This document shows positions 26,920 through 37,869 of a stretch of 64,000 bases of DNA, piece after piece. The notes under the pieces were generated by a model. That model had not been told where the DNA came from. It did not search any database and worked only from the letters and a program-made list of their open reading frames with translations. The position numbers were made by a program, and so were the translations under genes. How positions within the stretch are numbered: the first letter of the stretch is position 1; each line of letters opens with the position of its first letter. Origin of the DNA: an uncultured Aquabacterium sp. (GTDB lineage Bacteria > Pseudomonadota > Gammaproteobacteria > Burkholderiales > Burkholderiaceae_C). The stretch lies in the NCBI GenBank assembly GCA_964618825.1, contig CAZUCW010000001.1, forward strand, positions 9,543-73,542, written 5' to 3'.

Positions 26920-29031
26920 ATGAAACGACCATTCCCCAAGTTGGCTACTGCGATGATGCTGTGCGGTTTATACGGCAGCGTGTTTGCATTGGGTTTTGGC
27001 AGATTGAGCCCGACGGCAGTTCTGGGGCAGCCCCTGAATTTGACGATTCCGGTTCGGCTTGAGCCGGGTGAAGATCTCAATCCGACGTGCGTTGTCGCCG
27101 ATGTTTATTTTGGCGATGGCAAATTGCTGCCCGATGTGGTGCAGGTGCGTGTTGAGGGGCAGCCTCATGTGGTGTCTGAGCGCACGTTGCGGGTGTTGAC
27201 ATCGGTGCGTGTCAATGAGCCCGTGGTAACGGTGTATCTCGCAGCGGGCTGCCAATCAAAAGTAACGCGCAAGTTTGTGGCATTTGCCGATCCGCCGCTC
27301 GTGGCCGAGCCGCCTGTGGTGGCGCCGTCGCTCGAAGGGCCGATCGGGGCCGCATCGCCGCAGCCGGGTGCTGTAGCCGCGGCGGTCGATGCATCAACCG
27401 CAACAGCAGCAATACCCGCGGCGGCGGCGTCGGCGCCTTCTCGGCGCGTATCTCGCCCAGTATCTCGGCCATCGCCTGCATCTGTGTCGGCATCTGCATC
27501 TGTATCGGCCCCTCTGGCCGTCTCTGGGCTCGATACCCGGGGCGATCGGATTGCCGCCAAGGGCAAGCGTCGTTCGCCGAGCCGGGCACGCAAGCCGGTG
27601 GGGGATCAGGCCCTGGCAGGGGGGGATCGGCTGATGCTCGATCCGATCGAGAGTGAAGCGCTCATCGAGCCCACGCTGCGTTTGTCGAGCGAGCTTTCGC
27701 GCGTGGATGATGACAGCGGTGCGGACGGCACAGCGGTGCGGCAACGTCGTGAGGCTGCGGCGGCGTTGTGGCGCGCGCTCAACGCCTCGCCCGAGCAAAT
27801 GGCGCAAGATCGGCAGCGGCTGCAAGAGCTTGAGGCGCGGCTGGCACGCATGCAATCTGAGGGCAATGCAGCGCAGGCGCAGATTGCTTTGCTGCAGCAG
27901 CAGGTGGTGCGTGCTCAACAAAAGCAGCAACGCGGCCACGGGTTGGGCTATCTCTTTGCTGCGTTGAGCACGGCGTTGGCCGTGGCTTTGGGGTGGATGC
28001 TTGTGCGCCAGCGCCGCGAGGCACGCGCGTGGTGGCAACAAGAGCAGGCGGCTCAGGCCAGCCGGGGTGGCAGTGAGGCGACTCCGAGCCGTTTGATGTC
28101 CGCCAGCAGCTCGACCGCCCAGCCGCACGAGTTTGCGCCCAGCGGCACCGATCTGGCGATGGGGTTGTCGGCGGCCAGCTTGCTCAAAACGGTTGATGCG
28201 GCAGATCTGCCCGCCACGGGGCTTGCAGCAGATCAACCCGAACACATCGATCGTCCTGAGTTGCGCTCAGGCGTTAAGCCTCAGGCTTTGAGTGGCAGCA
28301 GTTCACAGCCACTTGCGGCGGTCGCCACGCCCGCCAAGCCGGTGCTGCGTGAGGTGTCGGTTGAAGAGTTGATCGACCTTGAGCAGCAGGCCGAGTTTTT
28401 TATGGTGTTGGGGCAAGACGACGCGGCCATCGATTTGCTAGAGGGGCATATCGATGGCACGGAGGGCACGAGCCCGCTGCCGTATCTCAAATTGCTCGAG
28501 CTGTATCAGCGGCTGGGCAATCGCGAGGCGTATGAGCGCATTCGCGAGCGCTTTAACACACGCTTTAACGCTTATGCGCCTGAGTGGGATGCCGATCTGC
28601 AGCAAGGCCACGCGCTGGGCGATTACCCCGGCGTGATCGAGCGTTTGCAAGCCTTGTGGGACAGCCCCGAACAGGCGATGGAGGTGCTGCAGGCGTCGCT
28701 GTTGCGCCACGATCCGGTAGCCGATACTTTTGATTTGCCAGCGTATCGCGAGTTGCTGTTTTTGTATTCGGTGGCGCGCGATCTGTGGGAGCACTGTGGT
28801 GAGCGGGTGGCGGCACGCGCTGCGATCCACCCATCGGCGGCGGTAGATGTGCTGCTGCCGTTTGCCAATGAACCCAACACGCCAGCGGTTGAGCCGTTGG
28901 TGGCTACGCGGCCCAACAAACCGTTTGTGTCGAGCCGCTCAGCGCCGCTGCAGGTGGATGTGACGCTTGATGAGGTGGTTGATCCGTCTGAGGTGAATGC
29001 GGCCTCAGCTGGTGACACCCCACGGGCCTGA
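26920..29031 (+). CDS. FimV/TspA-like protein
   Basis: Signal peptide, LGFGRL....LGQPL..TIPV FimV-type N-terminus, Pro/Ala/Ser linker, coiled coil, TM, cytoplasmic TPR-like QAEFF..LG....AI.LL...PYL.LL.LY. Confidence 0.7.
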   Translation: MKRPFPKLATAMMLCGLYGSVFALGFGRLSPTAVLGQPLNLTIPVRLEPGEDLNPTCVVADVYFGDGKLLPDVVQVRVEGQPHVVSERTLRVLTSVRVNEPVVTVYLAAGCQSKVTRKFVAFADPPLVAEPPVVAPSLEGPIGAASPQPGAVAAAVDASTATAAIPAAAASAPSRRVSRPVSRPSPASVSASASVSAPLAVSGLDTRGDRIAAKGKRRSPSRARKPVGDQALAGGDRLMLDPIESEALIEPTLRLSSELSRVDDDSGADGTAVRQRREAAAALWRALNASPEQMAQDRQRLQELEARLARMQSEGNAAQAQIALLQQQVVRAQQKQQRGHGLGYLFAALSTALAVALGWMLVRQRREARAWWQQEQAAQASRGGSEATPSRLMSASSSTAQPHEFAPSGTDLAMGLSAASLLKTVDAADLPATGLAADQPEHIDRPELRSGVKPQALSGSSSQPLAAVATPAKPVLREVSVEELIDLEQQAEFFMVLGQDDAAIDLLEGHIDGTEGTSPLPYLKLLELYQRLGNREAYERIRERFNTRFNAYAPEWDADLQQGHALGDYPGVIERLQALWDSPEQAMEVLQASLLRHDPVADTFDLPAYRELLFLYSVARDLWEHCGERVAARAAIHPSAAVDVLLPFANEPNTPAVEPLVATRPNKPFVSSRSAPLQVDVTLDEVVDPSEVNAASAGDTPRA

Positions 29032-30885
29032 GGATGCTGCTCGCGCGGCGCGGGCCTGATCCTGCAATCGTTTGAGATCAATGGGCAACCAGCCGCGCAC
29101 GCTGTTGAAAAACGCTGCGGCATCGGCGCGCAGCACATCGGCAGGGCTCAGGCGGGCCTCGTGCAGATCGCCGCGGGCCAGCAACCGCTGGCGGTAGGTG
29201 CCACCCAGCAGGCCAGCGCTCAGCGGCGGCGTCAGCCAGCGGTCTTGCAGGCGCAGCGCCAGGTTGCCGATGGTGAACTCGGTGAGCTCGCCATTGAGGT
29301 TCCAGAGCAGGGTATCAAACGCACCGTCTTGCGCCACATGGGCGGCATAAACCTCACGCCGGGTGGTTTTGTGCCGGATGAAATCGTTGATCGGGCTGTT
29401 GGGCGCGTCGTCGCGCGTGGCCATAGGGTGACGCGCCAGATTGACGCGCAGCGGCACGCTCACCGGCGGCAGGGGTTGCACGTCGATTTCGATGCGTTTG
29501 CTGGGCCAGGTGAGCAGGCGGATCTTGAAGCAGCCTTGCGGATGGCGGTGCGCGGCATCGGTGAGCGCGTGGCGCACGGCATCAAGATCGAGCGGGTGGT
29601 TGAGCTCGCGGGCGCTGCGGTTGAGGCGGTCGAGGTGTTCGTCGAGCAGCCAGAGTCGGCCGTCTTCGAGCCGCAGAGATTCGAGCAGCTTGAAAGGCCG
29701 CGCTGCGCGCTCGAGAAAGCGCTGTTTGTGGCGCCACTCGATGGCTTCGTGATCGGCGCGTGCGTCGAGCGTGATGCCGCTGCCGATGCCGCAACGCAGC
29801 GAAGCAGGTTGTGGCTCATCGCGAAGCACCACGGTGCGGATCGGCACATTGAATGTGGCATGGCCGCCCGGGCGCAGCACCCCCACGGCGCCGCAATACA
29901 CGCCGCGCGGGCCGGGTTCGAGCCGGGCGATGTGATGCATGGCTCGCACCTTGGGCGCGCCGGTGATTGAGCCACACGGAAACAATGCGGCAAAGATATC
30001 CGACAAATGCGTGCCCTCACGCGTGGTGGCGCGCACGGTTGATGTCATCTGCCAAACGGTGGGCAGCGCGTGCAGTTCAAACAACGTGGGCACCTCGACG
30101 CTGCCGGTGCGGGCCACGCGTGCCAGATCGTTGCGCAGCAGATCAACGATCATGAGGTTTTCGGCGCGTTCTTTTTCGCTGGCCAGCAGTGCTTGTGCGG
30201 CGAGTTTGTCGGATGCCTCATCGATGCCGCGTGCCGCTGTGCCCTTCATGGGTTGCGTGGTTAGCGTGCCGTTGTGCCAATCAAAAAACAGCTCAGGCGA
30301 TACGCTGAGGATGCGTTCGCCATGGGCATGTGGCGTGGCGCCTCGGGCATCGAAATGCACGCAATAGCCGCCCGGTTGGCTGCGGCGCAGCGCATGAAAG
30401 TAAGCGTGAGGATCGCCGCTGAGCTGGCTGTGCAGCAGCGTCGTGAAATTGATCTGGTAGACCTCGCCGTTGCGGATCAGCTCATGGATCTCATCGATGC
30501 GGCGCTCAAACTCAGCGGCGCTCAGGGGATCGCGCCAATTGGCGCTGCAATAAGGGGCATCGACCGTATCGAGCGCGGATTCAGCCGTGGCCGGGCGCAC
30601 CTCATCGGCATTGAACACTGCAAAGCACACCAGCGGGCCATCGGTCGGGTGCGTTTGCAGTGCGCGATCAAATGCCGGCGCGGCCTCGTAGCGCACGTAG
30701 CCCACGCACCAGGCGCCATGCAGCGCAGCCTGGTGGGCCGTGTCGATGGCGCGGCGCACATCGGCGGGGTTGTGCGCGATGATCCAGCTGCGCGGCGCAC
30801 CGAAGATCCAGCGCGAACGCTCGCTGCTGCCGCGAGGGTGCGCCGAGCGCGACGGAATATCGATGTAAGCCGTGAAGGGGCTCAT
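29005..30885 (-). CDS. pabB: aminodeoxychorismate synthase component I fused to class IV aminotransferase-like ADC lyase (PabB-PabC)
   Basis: GEVYQIN, SPELFF, PMKGT, KERAENLMIVDLLRNDL, FPCGSITGAPK, then HKTT.R, GELTEFTIGN, GLLGGT.R. Confidence 0.88.
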   Translation of the reverse strand: MSPFTAYIDIPSRSAHPRGSSERSRWIFGAPRSWIIAHNPADVRRAIDTAHQAALHGAWCVGYVRYEAAPAFDRALQTHPTDGPLVCFAVFNADEVRPATAESALDTVDAPYCSANWRDPLSAAEFERRIDEIHELIRNGEVYQINFTTLLHSQLSGDPHAYFHALRRSQPGGYCVHFDARGATPHAHGERILSVSPELFFDWHNGTLTTQPMKGTAARGIDEASDKLAAQALLASEKERAENLMIVDLLRNDLARVARTGSVEVPTLFELHALPTVWQMTSTVRATTREGTHLSDIFAALFPCGSITGAPKVRAMHHIARLEPGPRGVYCGAVGVLRPGGHATFNVPIRTVVLRDEPQPASLRCGIGSGITLDARADHEAIEWRHKQRFLERAARPFKLLESLRLEDGRLWLLDEHLDRLNRSARELNHPLDLDAVRHALTDAAHRHPQGCFKIRLLTWPSKRIEIDVQPLPPVSVPLRVNLARHPMATRDDAPNSPINDFIRHKTTRREVYAAHVAQDGAFDTLLWNLNGELTEFTIGNLALRLQDRWLTPPLSAGLLGGTYRQRLLARGDLHEARLSPADVLRADAAAFFNSVRGWLPIDLKRLQDQARAARAASSGPWGVTS

Positions 30886-30893
30886 GTTGTCGT

Positions 30894-31382
30894 TCAGCGA
30901 CCGCGTTGCACGAACACCGCAACGGCGCCCAGCAACAGCAGCGCAAACAGCGCAAAGCTCCAGAGTTCGAAGGGCACACCCAGGATGTTGGCGGTGGCCT
31001 CGGCACACGATGCGCGCACCTCGAACACATCGGGCCACGAAGCATCGAGCTTGAGCCCGCTCACGATGCGATCAGCCAGCGTGAGATCGCACGATGCCGA
31101 TTGAGAGGCCACACGGTTTTGGTACAACGCTGCCGCGCCGCCAGCCAGGCTCAGCAGGCCGATCATGCCGCTCAGCATCTCGCGCAGCAGCCGCGTGGGC
31201 ACCAGCGCCCCAATGGTGCCCAGCAGCCCCACGGCAATGAAGAGCGCACGCTGCAGCACGCACCATGGGCAAGGCTGCATGTTGTAAACGTGCTGCGCCA
31301 CCAGCGCGCCGCCTACCGAGGCAAAGCACGCCAGCGCGCTCAGCGCCAGCAGCAAACGAGCGCTGGGCAAAGCGCGCAGCAT
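30894..31382 (-). CDS. dsbB: disulfide bond formation protein DsbB
   Basis: MQPCPWCVLQR, second Cys pair, four TM helices. Confidence 0.9.
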   Translation of the reverse strand: MLRALPSARLLLALSALACFASVGGALVAQHVYNMQPCPWCVLQRALFIAVGLLGTIGALVPTRLLREMLSGMIGLLSLAGGAAALYQNRVASQSASCDLTLADRIVSGLKLDASWPDVFEVRASCAEATANILGVPFELWSFALFALLLLGAVAVFVQRGR

Positions 31383-31383
31383 C

Positions 31384-31842
31384 TCAGGCCACCTCGGCAA
31401 TGAGCTCAATCTCGACGCACGCCCCCAGCGGGATCTGCGCCACGCCAAAGGCGCTGCGCGCGTGCGGGCCAACCTCGGGCCCAAACACCTGGGCGAGCAG
31501 CTCAGATGCGCCGTTGGTAACGAGATGGTGTTCGGTGAAATCGCTTGAGCTGTTCACCAGGCTCATTACCTTAACGATGCGCCGTACTTTATCGAGCCCG
31601 CCGCAAGCAGCGTTGAGTGTGCCCAGCAAATCGACGGCAATGGCGCGCGCAGCCTGCTGACCCTCGGCGGTTGTCATCGTTTTGCCCAATTGGCCCACCC
31701 ACACCTGGCCATCGCGCTTGGCGATGTGGCCCGATAAAAACACCAAATTGCCCGTGCGGACAAACGGAACGTAGGCAGCAGCCGGAGTGGCCACGGGCGG
31801 CAGCGTGATGCCCAACGTGGTGAGGCGGTCTTGAATCGACAT
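31384..31842 (-). CDS. RidA/YjgF family protein
   Basis: AAAYVP...LVFLSGH...NGASELL..VFG...HARSAFGVAQIPLGACVEIE. Confidence 0.92.
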   Translation of the reverse strand: MSIQDRLTTLGITLPPVATPAAAYVPFVRTGNLVFLSGHIAKRDGQVWVGQLGKTMTTAEGQQAARAIAVDLLGTLNAACGGLDKVRRIVKVMSLVNSSSDFTEHHLVTNGASELLAQVFGPEVGPHARSAFGVAQIPLGACVEIELIAEVA

Positions 31843-31891
31843 GGCTATGAGGCAAAAAACAAGAAGTGATGGGCATCCTACACTGCGCGCC

Positions 31892-34480
31892 ATGCGTAGC
31901 GCAGGCCGGCTTATGACGGCGTCGGGCGGGTGGTTGCTGGGGGTGTGGCTGCAGTTGCAGCAGGCCTCGTTGAGCGGGCCACGCGCTTATCGTCTGGCCC
32001 TGATGGTGGGCGTGATCGGGTTGCTGGTGGGCCTGAGGCCGGCGCTCGCCCAAACCCGTTGGCGCAACGAGCTGAGCCGCCACAACCTGATCGTTGCTGC
32101 GCTGATGGCTGTGTGCGCGATGGCGGCAGCCTGGGGCTGGGCGGGTGAGCGGGCCACCGAGCGGTTGGCGCAGCGGCTGGCGCCCGAGCTGGTGGGGCAA
32201 GACATCGAGCTCACCGGGCGCGTGATTGATTTGCCCCGGTTGCGGGATCGTGGCAGCGCCTTGCTGTTTGAAATCGAATCTGCGCGCCGCACAAACGGCG
32301 TGGATGCGGCTGGCGATGGCCTGGGTGTGAACGACACACTCAACGTGCCAACGCAGGTGCCCGCGTTGATTTCTTTGAGCTGGCACGACGATAACGTTGA
32401 GCAGCGCGCCGAATCGGGCGGCGCGGTATCGGCATCCCACCAAACGTTGCCGCCCGTGCAGCCCGGCCAGCGTTGGCGCCTCACGGCACGGCTCAAGCAG
32501 GTGCATGCATCGATCAACCCACATGGTTTCGATGCCGAGTTGTGGTGGTTTGAGCGCGGTGTGCGGGCCATGGGGGTGGTGCGTGTGCGGCATGCAAACG
32601 CGCCGCAGTTGCTGGCCGAGCGAGAGGGCTCACCCGTGCCACGTTGGCGCCAGGCGTGGCGGCGGGCCATCTACGAGCGCGTGGGCGATGCGCCGGTGGC
32701 CGGTGTGGTGGCTGCGTTGTCGATGGGGGATCAGGCTGCGATCGATCGCGACGATTGGACGGTGTTTCGCCGCACAGGTGTGGCGCATCTGATGTCGATC
32801 AGCGGGTTGCACATCACGATGTTTGCGTGGCTGGCGCAGTGGCTGGTGCGCTGGAGTTGGGCACGCAGCACCCGGTTGTCGCTGTGGTGGCCGGCGCCAC
32901 AAGCCGCGTTGCTGGGAGGGGTGGTGCTGGCCTGGGGCTATGCGGTTTTTGCCGGGTGGGGGATTCCGGCGCAGCGCACGGTGTTGATGCTCGCGGTGGC
33001 CAGCCTGCTGCAGCTGGGTGGCGTGCGCTGGCCGTGGCCGATGATCTTGATCGTGGCGGCAGTGGCTGTGGTGGCGGTGGATCCGTGGGCCTGCCTGCAG
33101 GCGGGGTTTTGGCTGTCCTTCATGGCTGTGGGATTGCTGATGGCGTCGGGGCCGGCGGCGGGATACGGCTGGAGCGATCGGCACAGCGAGAAAGACGCAC
33201 GGCAAGCCTCAGGTTGGGTATTGCGCACGAGGGCCGCCGTGGCCAATGGCTTGCGCACCCAGGTGGTGGCCACGTTGGGGCTGGCGCCGCTGACGCTGAT
33301 TTTTTTCAACCAGATTTCGCTGGTGGGTTTTGCAGCCAACGTGGTGGCCATACCGGTGGTGAGCTTTGTGATTACCCCGCTGGCCTTGGCGGGTGGTGCC
33401 TGGGCGCCCCTGTGGAGCGCGGCGGCCTGGGTGGTGCGTTGGCTGGATGCGTATCTCTCGTGGTTGAGCAGTGTGCCGTGGGCCACCTGGAGCGCCGCCT
33501 CAGCGCCGGCCTGGGCCAACGCCTTGTGCCTGGCCGGCGCTGCGCTGTTGGTGATATGGCGTGCCGACACGCGCTTGCGTTTGTGGGGCGTGAGGGCGTT
33601 GGCGCTGCTGCTGATGCTGCCGCTGCTGCTTTACTCACCCACACGGCCCGGCGTTGGGCGCTTTGAGCTGGTGGCTGCTGATGTGGGGCAGGGCACGGCG
33701 GTGCTGGTGCGCACGGCGCATCATTTGCTGATCTACGACGCCGGCCCGTTGTATGGCTTGCGTGGTGAAGGCGGCGACGCAGCCGGCAAAGTGCTGCTGC
33801 CGTTGCTGCATGCGCGGGGCGAACGCGCGCCCGATGTGTTGCTGCTCAGCCATCGCGATACCGATCACGTGGGCGGGGCACGCACGCTGATGGCCGAGCT
33901 GCCGCCGCGCCAATTGCTGAGTTCGCTCGAAGACGATCACCCGCTGCGCGCGTATGCCCGCAAGGCCGGTGTGCAACTGGCCACCTGCACCGCCGGCCAG
34001 CGCTGGGTGTGGGACGGCGTGCGCTTCGAGGTGCTGCACCCCGATACGGCCCAACCTGAAGCTGATCATGCCAGCTCAAATGGCCGCTCATGCGTGCTGC
34101 GCGTCAGTGGCGAGGCCGGCAGCGCCTTGCTGGCCGGCGATATCGAGCGCGAACAAGAAACCCAGTTGGTGGCGCGCCTGGGTGATGCGTTGCGTGCCGA
34201 TGTGCTGGTGGTGCCGCATCACGGCAGCCAGACCTCATCCACCGAGGCTTGGCTCGATGCCGTGAGCCCGCGCGTGGCGGTGATCCAGGCGGGCTACCTC
34301 AATCGCTACGGACACCCGGCGCCAGTGGTGCTTGAGCGGCTGCGCGAGAGGCACATCGAAGTGGTCGACAGCGTGGCCTGCGGTGCATATTCGTGGTGGG
34401 GCGTGGATCGCGCCGATGCCTGCCTGCGCCGGCGCGCATCCCGTTATTGGCGTGCGTTTCAGGCCGAAGGCGGCACGTAG
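31892..34480 (+). CDS. comEC: DNA uptake competence protein ComEC/Rec2
   Basis: [48 protein letters not shown]. Confidence 0.93.
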   Translation: MRSAGRLMTASGGWLLGVWLQLQQASLSGPRAYRLALMVGVIGLLVGLRPALAQTRWRNELSRHNLIVAALMAVCAMAAAWGWAGERATERLAQRLAPELVGQDIELTGRVIDLPRLRDRGSALLFEIESARRTNGVDAAGDGLGVNDTLNVPTQVPALISLSWHDDNVEQRAESGGAVSASHQTLPPVQPGQRWRLTARLKQVHASINPHGFDAELWWFERGVRAMGVVRVRHANAPQLLAEREGSPVPRWRQAWRRAIYERVGDAPVAGVVAALSMGDQAAIDRDDWTVFRRTGVAHLMSISGLHITMFAWLAQWLVRWSWARSTRLSLWWPAPQAALLGGVVLAWGYAVFAGWGIPAQRTVLMLAVASLLQLGGVRWPWPMILIVAAVAVVAVDPWACLQAGFWLSFMAVGLLMASGPAAGYGWSDRHSEKDARQASGWVLRTRAAVANGLRTQVVATLGLAPLTLIFFNQISLVGFAANVVAIPVVSFVITPLALAGGAWAPLWSAAAWVVRWLDAYLSWLSSVPWATWSAASAPAWANALCLAGAALLVIWRADTRLRLWGVRALALLLMLPLLLYSPTRPGVGRFELVAADVGQGTAVLVRTAHHLLIYDAGPLYGLRGEGGDAAGKVLLPLLHARGERAPDVLLLSHRDTDHVGGARTLMAELPPRQLLSSLEDDHPLRAYARKAGVQLATCTAGQRWVWDGVRFEVLHPDTAQPEADHASSNGRSCVLRVSGEAGSALLAGDIEREQETQLVARLGDALRADVLVVPHHGSQTSSTEAWLDAVSPRVAVIQAGYLNRYGHPAPVVLERLRERHIEVVDSVACGAYSWWGVDRADACLRRRASRYWRAFQAEGGT

Positions 34481-34731
34481 CCCTGCACCTGCTCGGCGCC
34501 GCCGCCAAAAAAGAACTGCTCCATCTGCCGCGCGAGGTATTGCCGCGCTTTGGCATCGGCCAGATTCAGGCGGTTTTCGTTAACGAGCATGGTTTGGTGG
34601 CGTAGCCACAGCTGCCATGCCTCTTTGCTGATTTCGTTGTAGATGCGCTTGCCCAGCTCGCCGGGATAGGGCGCGAAATCGAGCCCCTCGGCTTCTTTCT
34701 TGAGATAGCTGCATTGCACAGAACGGGCCAT
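34459..34731 (-). CDS. yggX: oxidative damage protection / Fe(II) trafficking protein YggX
   Basis: [27 protein letters not shown]...[18 protein letters not shown]. Confidence 0.93.
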   Translation of the reverse strand: MARSVQCSYLKKEAEGLDFAPYPGELGKRIYNEISKEAWQLWLRHQTMLVNENRLNLADAKARQYLARQMEQFFFGGGAEQVQGYVPPSA

Positions 34732-34808
34732 GGCGTTGTCCTTTCGGTCGAAAAACAAAAGAGGGTCAAAAAGGGGATACGGTGAGCATGCGCTGCCTGA
34801 GCAGCGTC

Positions 34809-36158
34809 TCACTTGAGATGTTTAACGAGCACCACCGAGCGGCGGTCCCAGTTGTATTTGCGTTTGCGGGCCTCGGGCAGCCAAGCCGGATCAACCTGCT
34901 GAAACCCGCGTTTGATAAACCAATGCATCGTGCGCGTGGTGAGCACAAACAGGCTGTCTAGGCCCATCGCCTTGGCGCGCTGCTCAACGCGCTTCAAGAT
35001 GCGCTCACCATCGCCCGTGCCCTGCACTGCCGGCGATACGGTGAGCGCGGCCATCTCGGCGGTGCGTGCCTCGGGGTAAGGGTGCAGCGAGGCGCAGCCA
35101 AAGATCACACCGTCGTGCTCGATCACGGTGTATTGATCGATATCGCGCTCGATTTCGGTGCGGTCGCGCTTGATCAGCGTGCCGTCGCGCTCAAAGGGCT
35201 CGATGAGCTGCAAGATGCCGCCCACGTCGTCTACCGTGGCCTCGCGCAGGCTCTCGAGTTTTTCGTCGACGATCATGGTGCCCACGCCATCGTGGGTGAA
35301 CACCTCCATCAGCAGCGCGCCATCGAGCTTGTAAGGAATGATGTGCACGCGCTCGACACCGTTTTTGCCTGCCTTCACCGCGTGCTGCAGGTAATAGGCC
35401 GTATCGGTGGGTTGTGTCGGGTTGGGCAGCGCGGCGAGGATGCGTTCGGCATCGGCCAGCGACAGCTCTTGATCGATCTCGCAGTTGGGGTCGTCGGCCT
35501 GGGTGATGTCTTGCGGCAGGCCGCGCACCTCGGTAACGAAGATCAGCTTGTCGGCCTGCAGGGCAATGGCCGCAGCGGTGGCGACGTCTTCCATGCTCAG
35601 GTTAAAGGCTTCGCCGGTGGGTGAAAAACCAAAAGGCGGCAGCAGCACCATCGCACCCGAATCAATGGCGCGGCGGATCGACATCGCATCGATTTTGCGC
35701 ACCAGGCCGGTGTGCATGAAGTCGATGCCATCAACGATGCCTACCGGGCGTGCGGTGATGAAGTTGCCCGAGAGCACGCGCACTTGCGCGCCGGCCATCG
35801 GGGTGTTGGGCAGGCCCTGAGAAAAGGCCGCTTCAATCTCATAGCGCAACTGGCCGGCGGCTTCTTGTGCGCAATCGAGCGCCATCGAATCGGTGATGCG
35901 CATGCCGTGCGAGTAACGCGAGGCATGCCCTTTTTCGCGCAGTTGCTCTTCAACCTGAGAGCGAAAACCGTGCGTGAGCACCACCTTGATCCCCATCGCC
36001 TGCAGCAGCGAGAGATCTTGCGCAAACGTGGCGAGCTTGCCCGCAGCGATCAGATCGCCCGAAATCGCCACCACAAAGGTCTTGCCACGATGGGCATGGA
36101 TGTAGGGCGCCACCGAGCGAAACCAGGGGACGAAGGTGTGCGGAAAAACCAGATCCAT
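34809..36158 (-). CDS. argA: amino-acid N-acetyltransferase (N-acetylglutamate synthase)
   Basis: [21 protein letters not shown] kinase-like domain plus GNAT domain ([17 protein letters not shown]). Confidence 0.95.
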   Translation of the reverse strand: MDLVFPHTFVPWFRSVAPYIHAHRGKTFVVAISGDLIAAGKLATFAQDLSLLQAMGIKVVLTHGFRSQVEEQLREKGHASRYSHGMRITDSMALDCAQEAAGQLRYEIEAAFSQGLPNTPMAGAQVRVLSGNFITARPVGIVDGIDFMHTGLVRKIDAMSIRRAIDSGAMVLLPPFGFSPTGEAFNLSMEDVATAAAIALQADKLIFVTEVRGLPQDITQADDPNCEIDQELSLADAERILAALPNPTQPTDTAYYLQHAVKAGKNGVERVHIIPYKLDGALLMEVFTHDGVGTMIVDEKLESLREATVDDVGGILQLIEPFERDGTLIKRDRTEIERDIDQYTVIEHDGVIFGCASLHPYPEARTAEMAALTVSPAVQGTGDGERILKRVEQRAKAMGLDSLFVLTTRTMHWFIKRGFQQVDPAWLPEARKRKYNWDRRSVVLVKHLK

Positions 36159-36258
36159 GAGCGGCGGTGCGAATGATCGAATGAAACAGTGAAGCGGGGG
36201 CGGCGAACTCAGTTTGGCAATGGTAAGGCGTTTGCCGCCGCCACAAAGGCTGCGGGGA

Positions 36259-37758
36259 TCAAAGCGCGGGGCGGCGCTCAAACCAGGGCTGGGCGGATTC
36301 GAGTTGCGCGGCAAGTTGCAACATTCGCCCTTCGCTGTTGAGCGGGCCCACGAATTGCACGCCCAGCGGCAGGCCGTCGGCTGTCCAGTGCAGGGGCACA
36401 GACATGGCCGGGCGTCCGGTGAGGTTGGCGAGCTGGGTGTAGGGTGTCCAGCTCAAATTGGCGGCCACCTGACGCTTGTAGGTGGATGAGTGGCGAATGC
36501 GTCCGGCCAAACCCAGGCGCACGGCCAGATTGCTCAGCCAGTTGAGCACGGCGGGCGTGTCGAAGTGGCCAATGGGCACGGGCGGGCCGGCCAATGTGGG
36601 CGACAGCCATAAATCGTAGCGGGCATGAAAATCACTCAGCCCCTGCACATGCTGCTGCCAGCGGCTTTGGCCACGCATGAAATCAACCGCTGAAAGGCTA
36701 CGGCCCACGGCAGCCATCATGCGGGTGTCGGGCTCGAAATCGGCGGCGCTGGCGTTGCTTGTCTCGCACACCAGATCGATGAGATAGGCCTGGGCCACAT
36801 ACCAGGCGTTCAAGAAATCATCGGCCAGCGCGCGGCCATCTACAGGCAGCGTGGCTGGCTCGACGTGGTGCCCGAGAGATTCGAGCAAGCGGGCGGCGTG
36901 CTCGACGGCGCGTACGGCCTCGGGGTCGACCGGCGTGCCGATGGGCGATGCGGTGCTCAAGCCGATGCGCAGCGGGCCCGCAGGGCGCTCGAGCATTTGC
37001 AGATAGCTGGGCGAGGGTGGCGGCATGTAGTAGGGCGCATGCGGCTCGGGGCCTTGCATCACATCGAGCATCGCGGCGCTGTCGCGCACGCTGCGGGTGA
37101 GCACGCCCTGCACGGCGGCGCCGTTGAGGCCTTCGCCCACCTCGGGGCCCAGAGAGATGCGGCCGCGTCCGGCCTTAAAGCCAAACAGGCCGCAGCATGC
37201 GGCGGGGATGCGGATCGAGCCGCCTCCATCGCTGGCGCCTGCCGCCGGCACGATGCCTGCCGCCACAGCAGCCGCTGAGCCGCCCGAGGATCCGCCCGGG
37301 GTGTGTTGCAGGTTCCAGGGGTTGCGCGTAACGCCCAGGGCGCGGGGCTCGGTAACGCCGCGCGAGCCGAACTCGGGGCTGTTGGTTTTGCCGAACACAA
37401 CCACGCCGGCGGCCAGCCAGCGCCGCACCACATCGCTCGTGTGCGGCATGGGCACGCTCAATAACGCGCGGCTGCCGCACGAGGTGGGCAGGCCGGCGAT
37501 GTCTTGAAACAGATCCTTGAGCAAGAAAGGCACCCCCGCAAAGGGCGCGGGGCCGTTCGGGCCCTCGAGATCAAAGGGCTGCCGGCAACGTTCGCGGGCC
37601 AGATCGTGCAGTGGTGCCACGATGGCGTTGATTTTGGGGTTGACCTCAGCGGCGCGTGCGATCGCGAGATCGAGCAGCTCTTGGGGATGGGTTTCGCGCC
37701 GACGCACCAGCTCAGCCAGGCCGAGGGCGTCGTGTTGAAGGTATTCATCGAATCGCAT
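36259..37758 (-). CDS. amidase-signature family enzyme
   Basis: GVPFLLKD, GKTNSPEFG, PGGSSGGSAAAVAAG, SDGGGSIRIPA. Confidence 0.92.
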   Translation of the reverse strand: MRFDEYLQHDALGLAELVRRRETHPQELLDLAIARAAEVNPKINAIVAPLHDLARERCRQPFDLEGPNGPAPFAGVPFLLKDLFQDIAGLPTSCGSRALLSVPMPHTSDVVRRWLAAGVVVFGKTNSPEFGSRGVTEPRALGVTRNPWNLQHTPGGSSGGSAAAVAAGIVPAAGASDGGGSIRIPAACCGLFGFKAGRGRISLGPEVGEGLNGAAVQGVLTRSVRDSAAMLDVMQGPEPHAPYYMPPPSPSYLQMLERPAGPLRIGLSTASPIGTPVDPEAVRAVEHAARLLESLGHHVEPATLPVDGRALADDFLNAWYVAQAYLIDLVCETSNASAADFEPDTRMMAAVGRSLSAVDFMRGQSRWQQHVQGLSDFHARYDLWLSPTLAGPPVPIGHFDTPAVLNWLSNLAVRLGLAGRIRHSSTYKRQVAANLSWTPYTQLANLTGRPAMSVPLHWTADGLPLGVQFVGPLNSEGRMLQLAAQLESAQPWFERRPAL

Positions 37759-37869
37759 ACGGCAAGACAGCAACAGCGTAAAAGGCGATGGTGGGGCGGG
37801 TTTGAAGGCGTGGCCTGCCGCGCCCATTGAGCGCGCGGCCCCCTAGATAATCGCTGCCTGATCGATCGT

